Source: Lineus longissimus (lineage: Eukaryota). Taken from it: 64,000 nt of DNA. The notes beneath the pieces are model-generated. The model made no database searches, was not told the DNA's origin, and saw nothing but the letters and a program-made list of their open reading frames with translations. Position numbers and translations under genes: made by a program. Below are positions 1-62,647 of the stretch, one piece after another; the stretch's first letter is position 1; each line of letters opens with the position of its first letter. Location of the stretch: positions 2,542,001 to 2,606,000 of the forward strand of contig NC_088308.1 of NCBI RefSeq assembly GCF_910592395.1, written 5' to 3'.

Positions 1-24
1 GATGATCATTCGGCAAGAACTCAC

Positions 25-123
25 GTTGACTGCGGTGGTAGACTTCTGCAGGAAGTACGTCACTTCGACCCCCGAAAAACAGAACTGACGCATCCCGTCG
101 TCTTCATCGTTTGCATCTGCAGC
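25..123 (-). CDS. Candidate exon, 99 nt, phase 0-0: AADANDEDDGMRQFCFSGVEVTYFLQKSTTAVN
   Basis: Acceptor gtaacatttag|GCT, donor AAC|GTGAGT. Only frame 0 is open across the exon. Confidence 0.45.
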
Positions 124-806
124 CTAAATGTTACAACTTGGACTGGATTTAGCACGAAGGACATTGTTATGTTCATAACTAGCTGTGAAGAGTTGGACTC
201 TCAGTGACATTTACAATTACTCGGAAGAGACATGTGCAACATACATTCACAGACACATCACACACAGTCACTGTTTCACTGCAGCACACAAGCCACGCCA
301 CTTGTGACCAAGGCACAGTAGTTTACATAACATAATAAACAGAGTAAAGGGAGAGTTTCAACTGAATTCATTGATTGAAAAGCATCATAGAGACCTAAAG
401 TTTATATTTCATAAATTACAAGTATTGCAAATTGCCCAGAGGCGAGCATGATCAGAGCAATAGACTGGCAATTTAAAACTCATGGTTATTGCACCAGCCA
501 AAGACCTTGCCGTCTTTTCATGTCGGCGGCCCGACAGAGATAACCAAGGGATTCAGTTGAGGAAAGTTGTCAAGGGTTCTACGCTGGAGGCGCGTGCACT
601 TTTCTTAAGCATTAAAGGTTGATACTAAGTCGAACTGGAGCATCAAGCCAAATATTTCCACGTGACTGTCCTCATCCGCCTTAGTCGCATAGGAATAATG
701 AGGAAAAAAACTGTTTTAAGGGGGTAATTTATAAACTGCACTTAGCACCATTCTGCATAAGACCCTCGAAGTATCACACAGTAGAAAATTTGCAAATGTT
801 GCATGT

Positions 807-49916
<49,110 letters not shown>

Positions 49917-51087
49917 CTGAAAAGATTAAAAAATATTTTTCCTTTAATATTTTGAATTGAAAAATCTATATTGTACATCAGACATGACACAAATTTAAGA
50001 ATTAACAAACTTCTGCAGAAATACATGTAAGCTTACAATGTATAAACCGAAAATATAGCCAACAGGTGGCAATCCGCAAACGGGCAACATATTTGTGACA
50101 TGTATATGACATAGGCCTACCATTTGGGGACAGTACTTTTGAGAACTTTACCTATAAAATATGCTTGGGTGATACTGTTGGTCTAACACCCCCATTCTAG
50201 TATGCCTTAACAGATGGAAACAGGCACTTTTTAAATGCCCCAGCGTATTCATCCAATGTAATATTTGATGTTTTTAAACTGATATTTTATTATCACATAC
50301 GAAAATGACAATTGATCATAATTAGCCATCTTTTAAGGGTTGTTGCGACATTCACATGTATACTGACATAATTTTGGGCAACCGAGAAAACTATCAAACC
50401 CAGCCCGCACACAACAAGCTTTCTAATTCCAAAGACTATTACACCAGCAATTTTCTAGCGATATGAATTTGACCTGTCATACGCCCATCTCCCTTGATAT
50501 ATCCTGACAGGCTAAAAGAAAATAATGCTATTACCAGAAGAAGATGATTGACCGCCAGCAAAGAAAAGCCACGCTGAATACCAATGCTCATTCAGCGCAG
50601 CATCTCAAGAGGAAACCTCACGTGGCATTTAATCGTCGACGGATTAAGGAGGTGGTAAGTTGTTATGGCAGAGAAATGCGCAAGGATTCTGAGCATTAAA
50701 TCTCGTCCAAGAAGGTGGCTGGTTGTTGCTTTTAAAGTACTTAGCGGAATAGTCGTGATTACATCATGCTTACCGTGCCGAAGAAATATGATAGAGGGCT
50801 TTGGCAAATGCTAACCGAAAATGCAGCTTAATGGAAAATGTTACTGCGTTTCATGTAATGCTTTTTCTAAGGAAACAGTGTGCACATTGCTATTTTACAA
50901 AAAGGCCTACCATTCGCGCTATCAGTTGGTTCCAAAGAGCTTCAGCAAAGGTATCCTCTCATAGATAACTGACGTACATGTAATGTGATTGTTGAATGTT
51001 TTTACCCCGCCGATATATACCTTCAAAACACCACTGACCTACATGTACTGGCGGTGGCAACCAGCTAAAAGAATACAGTTCTTCATA

Positions 51088-51561
51088 CAGTGGAACCCCG
51101 GTAACACGAACAATTTTCAGGCCAAAGTTTTTGGGGGGCTGATGATGTTTCTTCATTTTGAGCAGAAAAAAAAGTGAAGTTCAGAATTCTAAGATTTTTT
51201 TTGAAGCCCAATTTTTTTGGGACTGATGATGTTTCTTCATTTTGAGCAGAAGAAAAAAAAACAAGTGAAAAAAACATTTGGACTTGAACATTTTTTTCAT
51301 CTGTAGCATGGCAGCATTCGTCTTTTCACCGTAATTAGGCCCTTTGGTCGCGTTAGAGGGGTGAATTTGGTCATTGGGACCGCCCAATCCAGTGATCGTG
51401 GTCTGGATACCGGGGTGGTCGTGGTCTGGATACCGGGGTGGTCGTGTTACCGGGGGCCTTGTAATGGTAATTAGAGAGGAAACCATTCGGGACCGGCGAT
51501 TCTTGGTCTGCATAGCGGGGTGGTCGTGTTACCGGGGTGTTCGCCGACCGGGGTTCCACTG
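51088..51561. mobile_element. Tc1/mariner (pogo/Tigger-like) MITE
   Basis: TA|CAGTGGAACCCCGGT ... ACCGGGGTTCCACTG|TA (15-bp perfect TIR, TA TSD); subterminal accggggtggtcgtg repeats. Confidence 0.9.
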
Positions 51562-52007
51562 TACATGTATACATTCTGTTACACCATATTCGTGATATTT
51601 GTTGCTTTCAACGTTCTCTAGCAATCTTATATCTTCAAGATAACTTGACAGCTCTGATGGTCGAGATTATTTCCCTACTACACAACTAGCAACTGACAAA
51701 AAAATTGTGATGTTGGTTACCTACATCCGCAAACCTATCTTTTAGATAAAAAGTTGACAGCTAAGAGTATTTTCATAAATCATAATCGCCATTTCCTGTA
51801 TCTTTTCTGTAATTGCCATGATTTTCTACCTACATGTATTTTCAAGATGATATCTTGACAGCCGCGATCATCGAGATTATTTTCCTGACAAATGTTGACT
51901 GATGGTATCCACCTCATCCTAGCAATGTTAAGCACCTTAAAGAGGTTGAATAGCGCCTCCAGAAGCAAGCAACAGCGCCACCCGTAGCAGAAATAAGCAC
52001 TGCTTAG

Positions 52008-52080
52008 TGACGTCATGGTTTCCATATACGGCATCTCATTTGCATATTTTTACAACCTTATTTACTACGAGTTATAAATA
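52008..52080 (+). promoter_or_regulatory. Promoter-like motif cluster: CRE, CArG-like box, octamer, TATA
   Basis: TGACGTCA 52008-52015, CCATATACGG 52022-52031, ATTTGCAT 52038-52045, TATAAATA 52073-52080. Confidence 0.4.
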
Positions 52081-54315
52081 TGCCAGTAGCACGTGTATCA
52101 TGCCGGGCGGCGCTGCCAGGTGTTTCCACTATGGGTTACATAATCGGCTACAAAGAGGCCAGTGTTCTAGTAAATGAAGTTAGCAATGATAGCGAAAGAA
52201 TGTTAGTGTATGGTACGCAGTCAATAGCGATAGTAGTGAGTTGGAGAGAGGAGAAAATGGAAAATGGAGAGAATAGTAGTATGGATTTCGAGTCGCCGGT
52301 GGATTCTGGGCCGGTGGAGAGTATGGCAAGCCAAAGCGGAATTTATTCAAGACTTTAGAATTACCATTCAAGAAGTTAAATATAAGTTCAAGAAGGAAAT
52401 ATATGTTCAAGACTAAAATATGTTCAACCTTGAATCAAGTGTTTTCAACCTTGAATAAAATATGTTCAACCTTGAATAAAATATGTTCAACCTTGAATAA
52501 AATATGTCCAACCTTGAACAAAATATATTCAACCTTGAACAAAATATATTCAAGACTCACGTGACCATATTCAAGACGCACGTGACCACAAAATTGATGA
52601 CGTAGAATGGTGGAGACAGGGATGGAAAACTCAACAATTCGGGAGTCGATTTCTAATCTTCTTTTAACACCATAACATGGGGTTTTCTGAAATAGTACAA
52701 ACATGTGTCACAATCAGAAACAGTACATCACAACCATACTTGTAGTATACAAATGTCCTCAAATTTGTCTTTCCTACAACATGGTCTTACACGGAGAACT
52801 AAAACCTACATATTACTGTCACACAGATCATTGAAAGCAGTCCTAAATATTCTCACAACTTAGTACATGACATAATGATATTGGTACTGTAAAATCGCTG
52901 GGAGACGTTGCTCCTATACACAGAGTGCATGCTCAATGCATAGATGTACGCATCGCACGAGGCGCGCACTCATCGAAACTTCTGGCGAAGCATTCAAGAC
53001 AACGGACAATCAAACCTTGATTTTGATGTACACCTTTTAACTATTCTGAATGACAGTGGGCTAGGGGTTTCTATACATATTTTGCTTTTACCTGAATCTT
53101 GAAACCTCCCGATTCAAATCATAAAGAGTTACAAAAAACCCACAAAAAAGAGGGACGAAGTCCGCGAAGACCTTCCCTGACAAATCGAAATGGCTGAAGC
53201 GCATGTTACGTCATCGCAACTCACGACGCGGGGTTGTCTCAGCGCGCGCGCAAGTTAAAGTTAGCGAAAGAACATGTCAAAGGTGACGATAGGCAAATAA
53301 CTGGGAAAATAGGCGCAATATTCAAAACATAGAGCGTAGAATCTGTGGTACTTCCGATGCGTTCTGTTTCACGACAGGCATTGCGCATTTTGAACCTATA
53401 ATTTGCCTGATATGTCTGTGAAACATGTATCGACTCTGACATTCACTCGGCATCCATGTCATGATGTGTAGGATTACAGTACATGTCAGGTGTAGGCGGC
53501 TAGGTACGTGTACAACCATGTGTCAAAACCTCGTGCGAACAATTCGAGCTCCGAAACGCAACACAAGTACCATGGGTTCGGGAAAGTCCGGACGCGGGTT
53601 CGGGAAAGTCCGTAAAGCATCAAAACATGAGCAACTACGTCATCAATTTTTGTGGTCACGTGCGTCTTGAATATGGTCACGTGAGTCTTGAATATATTTT
53701 GTTCAAGGTTGAATATATTTTGTTCAAGGTTGACAATATTTGATTCAAGGTTGACAATATTTGATTCAAGGTTGACAATATTTGATTCAGGATTGAACAT
53801 ATTTTGGTCTTGAACATATATTTAACTTCTTGAATAGTAATTCCACGGTCTTGAATAAATTCCGCTTTGGCTTGCCATAGGAGAGCGAGGCCCCTGATCC
53901 GAACAGTACAGAAGAAATGGAGCAGCATATTATCCAAGACTTGTTTGACAACCATGACGACTCAAGATATTTGCCAGAATTGCCGGCAATGAACATGAGT
54001 GAAGAGGAGATGGGGCCATTCCAGCCAAGTGACCTGTCACTGCTCATGGCGAATGTCGGAGCCTCTAGAGACGCTGGTCTCGTCAGTACGCCAACGGCAT
54101 TGAGGTGTTCCCCAAGGGTGGTGCAGACGCCAAGACGTGAGACTAACACCGGCGCGGTGACAGCTGTAGCAGATGGAGCCACGCCACTAACATTTTTCAA
54201 GCATCCGAATGGTACCTTACAGATCCGCAAGGGGCGCGTTACCGAAAATGTTGCAAAAATCAATAACGTGATCGTAAATATTGTCATATTTTTCAAGATG
54301 AGAGTATGTAAATGA
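52080..54315 (+). pseudogene. ORF of unknown product (223 aa when rejoined), split by the IS3EU-like insertion
   Basis: Joining 52080-52321 to 53886-54315 gives ...DSGPVES-EAPDPNSTEEMEQHIIQDLF... with no stop. Confidence 0.55.
52322..53879. mobile_element. IS3EU-like non-autonomous DNA transposon with minisatellite-containing long TIRs
   Basis: Termini TATGGcaagccaaagcgg / ccgctttggcttgCCATA; 6-bp TSD GGAGAG (52316-52321, 53880-53885); ~250-280-bp TIRs built from ~21-bp ttcaaccttgaa.aaaatat repeats. Confidence 0.85.
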
Positions 54316-54814
54316 TACGCAAACGATAAACCAATGAAAGGCCAGTATCTATTGAACCTTACAAGTAATTTGGGGGCCTTGAAACTCCTTATATTTATCA
54401 ATGAAACCTTATTCCCGCCTAAGGTTTTGACCGGGCCGTCCAAAACTCCCCATTTTTTGGCGGGCCCTTTCCTTTAACAATAATTAACCTCTGAGATAAA
54501 ACGTGGTTTCTTCTTTCCATGAATGTACTATACGCCTACATACAAAACATGCACACATAAATCTGACATGAAACATTATCCGAGGCTTTTATCAAATGTT
54601 GTATTGGGTAACATGTTGCCAAGTTGTTGCAGATACAATTGTGTGAGGTTCACACGGGAGATGCTTTAGGAACTGTACCAAACACAACAACTGGCATAAT
54701 CCACTTCGCACCAGCACTCAAGACAGGCCATGGTGAACCCATCGGGGTATTAAGATTTCGATGATGCTGCTTCACCAACTCATTTTCTTAAATCATGAGT
54801 TTGTTTTAATCAAT

Positions 54815-54898
54815 GTCAATGTACACTGGTCAATGTACACTGGTCAATGTACACTGGTCAATGTACACTGGTCAATGTACACTGGTCAATGTACACTG
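54815..54898 (+). repeat. 14-bp minisatellite, six copies (gtcaatgtacactg)
   Basis: Six perfect copies. Confidence 0.97.
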
Positions 54899-55654
54899 CA
54901 TCGTGCTTAACACACATAGACTAGAAACAAGCCGGACACATTCCGTCAGAAACGATGTAGAACCTTCCACTTTTCCGAGCACTAATTACCTCCGAGGTCT
55001 TATTTTTAAGAACTGTGAACAGACAATGCTGCACATCTTAATGACATTGATTTCATGCTGGCGTGCCCAGCATGCCCAGACGTACCTGGGGGGACTACCG
55101 TTTTTAGGCGCCTTTTTCTACAGCGCGGAAAAGACAGTAGCACAGCAGGATCGTGTAATCAGACGATGTGTAATATACCATACCATGTATTAATTGGTCT
55201 ACTGCAGAGCCATCTTCTCCACTTTCTACAAGAAAAGCTAATATAAGGCTATGCATTCATTGAGATAACAACTGAGGCGCTGAAATCAAAAACTGCACAA
55301 GTTCATGGTCTTAAAGAAGGACTTGACTTTGTATCGTTTACTAATTTCAAGACCACAAATACCCCAATATGGTGCCTGTTAAAATATTCAGCATCTACAG
55401 GTTCGTTGCTTGAAAACGAATCCCAAGACAAGCAGATGCTCCTGATGACCCCCCAGCTTCGATCGAAGTCCCGAACATTTTATTTCGATGTTTATGCTTT
55501 TAATAACAAAATGGGGAATGGTTAGGTAAAATAGGGGAAAGTGAGCTCGAGAGGGAGCTCATTTCAGCCAATTTTGCCTATTCACCCATTTAATGATTGC
55601 GAATAGTACAGATTCAAAAGACTAGCTTTCCACCTTACATGTATATCAAGGATT

Positions 55655-55905
55655 GTTTGCACTACGTTATTTGCCGCTTACCTCACAGTCATTCAAAAGA
55701 ATTCAGGCCGAGCCCAATACTCGGTCTATTGTCTTTGAACAAAGCCCGCTCATACCTGGGCCTAAACATTTATTGTTCTTCTGTCTTATCAAAATGTTAC
55801 CTGGGCAAATCTTGATGACATCGATCACCATGAAACAACTTTCATATGGGTCGATTGGCCTAAGCTAAACGGGAACGGGAAATAAACGTGATGCAATCGA
55901 GACTG
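55655..55905 (+). repeat. Repeat family B, copy 3
   Basis: Same core. Boundaries approximate. Confidence 0.8.
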
Positions 55906-58900
55906 CTTTACGATACGTCTGCTGATGGTGATCTCCGACAGCCTCGACTCTCAAATCAAATGTTAACTAAACGTGTAATTATAAGCCGCCAGTCAATCCT
56001 ATTCACCGGGTAATAAAAAATGGGAACAGCCACCACAGAGGCGAGGTGTTAGTAATGGTTGTAATTACCATGCCATCTCTGCCGATTTTTTTGTCCATCA
56101 ATTCTGACAGTTCTTCCCCAGCGGGAATTTGTCTGTTAAGATATGAGAGATAACTTGATGGTGTGGTTTAGTGTCGCATCATGCGGAGCATGTCCTCAAT
56201 GTAAAGTTGCCATCAAAGAGTCGGGCGAATGATTTGGATGGGAAGAACTGTGCTGATCAGAATTGCATAGTGAGATATTTGTCCAATACTGATTACACTG
56301 AAGGAAAATGTTGTTCTTTCTTAAATGGGTGGGGTACGTGTCCATTTTATCATCCGATGATCAAAACATATAATGCGTCCCTTTACCTGCACCTTGATAG
56401 GAGTAGGAATAGTTTTTTTGCCCAGAGGGAAGAAAAATGGCTCGTAATGAGCGAATAACTATTTGAGATTGTGAGAGTGACAACTAAACGACTGCTGGAA
56501 CTTGATATTTAATAACACTATAACCGTTAACGGAGCCTAAATATTTAATTAAGCTGATTCACTGTTCATTTTCATAACAGTATTGTATCTTACTTTTCTT
56601 ATACACTCCAACATTTTCAGCAATGCTTACAAGTTTTGAAATGTATAGATCAAAACACGTGGTAAAGAGCAAAGTTTACAATTACATATACAACACGGAA
56701 TTCGCAGTAAAAATTGCTTTTGTCAGATCAAATATTGAATATAAATATAGACATCATATTATAGTACTTATATTGGTTTTAACTAACTGTTTGAGGACTT
56801 CTTCAATTCCAGTTTGATATTTGGTTTGCGATCATTTTATATGAGATGAGGGAACATTAGAGTTCAGCTGCACGGGAAATTTGTAATTCAAATTGTTCAA
56901 ATCGATATGATCTTTATGAGCATCAATTGTATCTAGGGTTCTGAATGAAGATTATGCAGATGACGGGGATAACCTAACCACAGTGTATCCAAACCATATC
57001 GACTGGCATGGTGTTTACAAAATGAGTAAAACCTGACTGTTTTAGTCGCACATTCATGTACATGTAGATTCGGCTGCTGCCAAGAAAAAGTTTCTCTCGT
57101 GTTCAACAAGCAAGAAAAACATACAGCAGAAAAATACTAAACCTTGGGTTTTGAGAAAACTAACGTTCTCTTATATATAAATATAACTGGTCGCGATCGC
57201 ATACTAGTAGTAAAGACCACATACATGTTGGCCTACTTGCTCATAGACTCTCCTTACTCACACCAAAATAACCCGAGCTCTTTTCCATGGACTAATGTAC
57301 GAGTTAACATGTCCTTACATTTCACCTATGAGCATAAATAACGGATCCGTCCAGGTTATTGGATAACATTAACCATTAGATGGTAGATATCGGCAATATA
57401 TCACGTTTTATTGACGTTTCAGCTGAATATGCCGCCGCCTCAGTCTGCGTCCTTGACCTTAGAACTGGCCAGTTACAGATGGCGTTCATCTTGCTCACTC
57501 CAAGTATCATGTGCCCCAGTTAGTTTAAGTTGACGAGCAACGTATCATGGATGAAAGTTATAAACTAAAACAAACTGTATAGTCATTATTTCACATCACA
57601 TGCCAATAGCTACCTGCTTACTTGATACATGGGCTCAAGTAGATTATTTTTAAAAATTAAACTTTTTTTCCGGATGTTGTTTGGCAGCCCGGTTCATTGG
57701 CAGCCTATAAATTCTGCCTCTTCCTCAATACATAAAATTAATGATATCAGTCACCTGGCTTTCCGGCAGGTGACCTCCTCTCAAAAATGTAATCGTTTAG
57801 ATTGCATTGAGAGAAGTTTTACAACACATCATACTTATTGGAAGGCCATTTTGAGCTGAGATGCATACAGTGCTAACGAAGTTAACCAACGAGGGAGAAA
57901 AAAAATTCGGGAAAATAACCAACAGGCGGTTTACGGTAAAAGGAAAATCATGCTCAGTATTGATAACGAGTAGCTGCTATAGTTGATTTTTATGAAAAAA
58001 TGCGCTTAAGTGCTGCTACATCACAGCGAGAGCTTAATTGAACGGAAATTAGCATGGCAAAAACTTTCTCATGTCTACGTTTTTTTGCTCTAGATGGTAT
58101 TTGGGGTTTGCCTGTGTCACTGAATAATGAATCACAAGGGAAATCCTCCTCGAATTACATTTTTATGCGCACATGGCAAACAATATGAGAGTATGCTATC
58201 TTACCATGGGACTTCAAGGCAACACACATTCTACCTATACTCACATGCAGCATAATGTACATGACCGACATGATGAATGCCTGAGATGTGAAATTTGGTA
58301 CCAAATAGATAACACCTATCATGCTGCTAGAACCATATGGTCATGCATCCAACGCGGAAAGCTACCGCATGTTTTACGTTTTAAAAACTGAATGGTCGAA
58401 CAATGAGTCATAATGTAGATACCTTCTCGCTTGTCAGATTCTCAGTGAATATCCCAAGTTCGCAAAAAGAAGTGTTGTACAAAGAACCCAGTCATCACCT
58501 ATGAATGGTGACTGGAAAGTTTCACCATTGAAATACCACTTGGAGAATGAGTCTTGGCTTTTCGAACTGAAATCGTCTTGAACTTTTTGGATAATGCACT
58601 TAAGAGGGCAGATCAATCTTGATCAATATGAACTGCGGCTTCTATGAAGGCCCCTTAGATCATTACAATATATTTGAAATGCTCTCTCTTGTACTCCTAT
58701 ACATTATCGTTATAGTGGCAAAAATTAAGATTTTGATTTTTTTCAGCAATGTTTGTAATTTCCATCGGTTTTCTCCGCCGTTCTCCTCCGTTAAAAGAGC
58801 ACAAAGTCAACGCCCAATATTGTTTATAGGTAGGATTGACGCTTACTACGCGCAGTACTTTTAAAGTCATTATGATACACGACTCAAATTGCGTCTATTT

Positions 58901-60147
58901 TCACTCTAATGTATTTTCCAGCGCTAATTCCATGTGCATGCATGCACATTCTCCTAATTATACGTATAACTACAAATACGTGTACTCCAGTAAATAAAAA
59001 AGAATATGGATTGTTTTCAAAACTGAAAAACATAAACGATAGTTTCTTCATCATCGCAGAAAGTATCAAGTAAATTGATTCAGAAGGCGTTGTCGTGGGT
59101 GATCGCCGCGAATCTGCTAATGAAAGATGGTACCAGTCCTTGGCACATCCCTGCTGTTCACATTTATATATAAAAAGGGATGGCTTCGGAGATTTTGAAG
59201 AGACAGATGACTTTCATTGACATGCTACAACGGACTGGAAACTTGGCATCAACTGATCGGACCTGATTGGCTTGACCTCGAAATAACTCCATTTGGACTC
59301 GATATTATTTGATTGGACTTTGAAATCAAGACAATTTGAATTTGAGATTGATTCTCGGAGACATATTTTTCAGCACGAATCCTCTTCGTCCTGCCGCGCC
59401 TTAGAGGTGAGTTCATATGGGTTGACGAATTGCGTACAAATCACTACTAACATTACGTTGTTACTGCTCACCACGATACAGATGGTATAGAGGCACTCAT
59501 CTGCTTCCGTGTTTCATTCAAAGGACCGATCGAGTAATTCAAGAACCTAATGGAAGGCAGTCTACTCATAATTCTCATACTCTCTCCGGCAATTCTGAGC
59601 ACGAAACTTGTTTGGAATGTGTTTTCTTCTCATTCAGAGAGAACCATGTTTACTCTGCTCACCACTTAAACACCTGTTTCGTGTCTGCTCGAATGCGAGA
59701 GAAGGCTTATTACACTTGCAGTACCAACAAACACTCAATTTGGTGGACGATGATGCTCTTCGTGTAAAACAGCATCAGACAGTCTAGCAAAGGAATTCGT
59801 TCTTGACAATTTTAGCGGGTTTGTTTGGTGCCTCGACCGGTCAACTGATCCAAGATCTACTTCGTTCGCGATTCTTGTTGTCCCCAGACCATTTCCAAGG
59901 GGTTGACTAGAGCAAGGGCCCCGGAGTAGACATGCTGGGTGTTCTTTCTCTGATGGATTCACCTGTGTGGTCTCACAAAGGATCGGGAGAGTGACGGAAA
60001 AAGAAAACCCGTTGTCTGGTTTCATGTTCGAAACGAGCAACTCACAATCAGTTGTACATGTATAATATGCCGGTTTTTTACGATATTACATACGTATACG
60101 GTTCCGTCGGCGTCGTATGAGGGTTCAATCAGGTGCATTATGATGTA

Positions 60148-61051
60148 CACCCTTGTCGGAAAGTTTATGGACACCAGTTTTTGCACATTTTCTCAAAAAC
60201 GGCTAATCCTATTGAACCCAAATTTTCACCAATGGTGGAGAATCTTCTTGGCTATCGAATGACGTGATAGTTGATATCAGGACCAATTGCATAACAAAGT
60301 TATTACATAATTTTGAGAGGGATCTTTTTTTTACTTTTTTGTTAATCAATTTTTCAAAACCAAATTAACCTACAGTATATATTGCACATAGCTAAGACTT
60401 TCTGTGAAAAAAATTTGGATAAATCTCATTTCGGTTTTGAGATATATCGAAATATCAAAATTTTGATATTTTGATAATTTGATATTTTTGGGTTTTTTGC
60501 AACTGTATCATTGAGAAGTCATACCCAAATAATGATTGGCACCAATTTAGCACAGCTAGCAACTAATATTGCTGAGAAAAGGTGGATACTTGGTAGTATG
60601 AAAATTTTCATATTATAATTTCAAGATGTTCCTTTAGTTGAAAATCAGAAAAAAATCACCATTCATTCAGGGGACATGGGTACTACTAGGATATATCGAA
60701 AAATCTGAAAAATCTCAAAATTTTCAGAATCTCAAAATTTTGATATTTTGATATATCATGAAAAGTAAATGATATTTTCAAATACTTTCTTCACAGAAAG
60801 TCTTAGCATTGTTATCTGTATGATGCAAGATTTATACTTCGATTTAAAAAAAATCAACCAAAAAGTGAAAAATAGATGCCTCTCAAAATTATGTAATAAC
60901 TTTGTTATGCAATTGGTCCTGATATCAACTATCACGTCATTCGATAGCCAGGAAGATTCTCCACCATTGGTGAATATTTGGGTTCAATAGGATTAGCCGT
61001 TTTTGAGAAAATGTGCAAAAACTGGTGTCCATAAACTTTCCGACAAGGGTG
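60148..61051. mobile_element. Tc1-like long-TIR non-autonomous element (904 bp)
   Basis: TA|CACCCTTGTCGGAAAGTTTATGGACACC ... GGTGTCCATAAACTTTCCGACAAGGGTG|TA; ~170 bp near-perfect TIR that then degrades; no transposase ORF. Confidence 0.92.
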
Positions 61052-62647
61052 TACATATGTACTTCCTGTGCCAGACGTAACTGTTTTAACCGAAGAGAAA
61101 ATACGTGTTAGCTCTGCTACCATCAAAATAACTGCGAGCGGATCACATCATATCATCTTCGCTTCAGGTAGGCCTACATCATGTTATAGTATTATTCAAA
61201 GTATCCCATGTTCCACAACTGTGAAACGAATGTTCTTTCTGCCTCAAGCAGTCAGGTTCATTCATAACTCTCAGCTGAAGCTATGCCTAAAATATGGTGC
61301 TAGAATCAACAGTAACACACTACTGCTCCTAACTCAGTTATCAACAAGACAGAGTATAGTACCTCGATTTACAAGTAACCAAATATTTTGACGGAAAATA
61401 TTTATGGTTATGTAGGTGTATTTTTTATTTGATTGCTATCTTGTCACTTTTTTAATCGATGGTCTTACTGCGCAATAAAAAGCGGTCCAAGGCATTCATG
61501 ATCTGACTTTTGGAACTATTAAAAGTTTAATCAAATATCAGAACAGTCCAATGGGGAAATGATGATATAAATAAAGGAAAGTAATTTTGGCTATATGGGG
61601 GATTTAGTACATGACATATTAACGCGTTTTCTGCTCTTTATAGCCCTTTCGAAGAATATGCTGCAAATTGTGAGCTTATGGCATTTCAAACTTTTCACAA
61701 TACCGACAACACTAGCATTACACTACACGTGTATACTGCAGGATAGAAGTATAATAATTGTACAGGCACGAAGTGATATAAGTAATACAATTAACACCCC
61801 ATGGTCAGTTGCTTGGTAACATGCGAGGACATTTTATATGTATGTTATGTCGGTTTCTTACGATATTGCATACGGATACAATCCCGTCAGCGTCGTGTGG
61901 CAGGGTACAGCCCGTTTTACTATTAGGAAGGATGATAACAGCGAGTTCTCAAGGATCCTTAAACGTACCGGGGGTATACGGATAAAACTTTGTAGAAAGA
62001 GGACGAATTTTGTGTACATTTCTACACGTCTACGTACAAGTATCCGTGATAAGTCTCTGATCTCGACCTCCCTGCTTTTTAAAAGTAATCACTGACTGAA
62101 CTATGTAAGACTTCCAAGAGATATTTGCGCTGTTTGTGCGCCATTTCTTAACCATCAATACTACCCTTTCAATAACACGTGTTCAAAGATCGTCAACAGG
62201 CAAACAATCCATCGAACAACCATTGAGGAAAGACGCAAACTCCTCTGAGTGTGATCAATTATAACCTCTCGGGTTGATATTGTTTGATGGAGAAGTAGAG
62301 ACCACTCTCAAGGTGACGTACAATTTGTCTTACAAAGATACGCGTATGCCAGGACATTTGTATCTCGCTGTAACGACGGCGGCCATCTTGGCGTTGTCCT
62401 TGTCTTGGCTCTCACGAACGCTGATTGGCTGCTGATGATGACCACGTTGACTAGTCGATGTACGTGCATTTCAATTTAAGCCTGCGTTTTACATTTCTTG
62501 AAAATGTTTTAAAGGGGCCACCACACGTACGTCAATGCTTTGTCATGATTATAAAATATGTCAAATATTCATTGAAAATATTCATCTGATTGTGAGTGAA
62601 TATAAATCAGAATGTTAATTTTTACACAACCAATGGAAAGAGTCTTT

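Noticed and set aside
52435..52704. Repetitive ORFs (ILFKVEH)n, and similar ones at 53486, 54813 and 51181
   Set aside because: They are translations of minisatellites inside non-coding repeats.
53787..54443. 218-aa minus-strand ORF
   Set aside because: It is the antisense shadow of the + ORF, runs into the transposon TIR, and has no recognisable domain.
59735..60040. 101-aa minus-strand ORF as the missing PKG first exon
   Set aside because: No leucine-zipper heptads or pseudosubstrate motif, and no convincing phase-2 donor.
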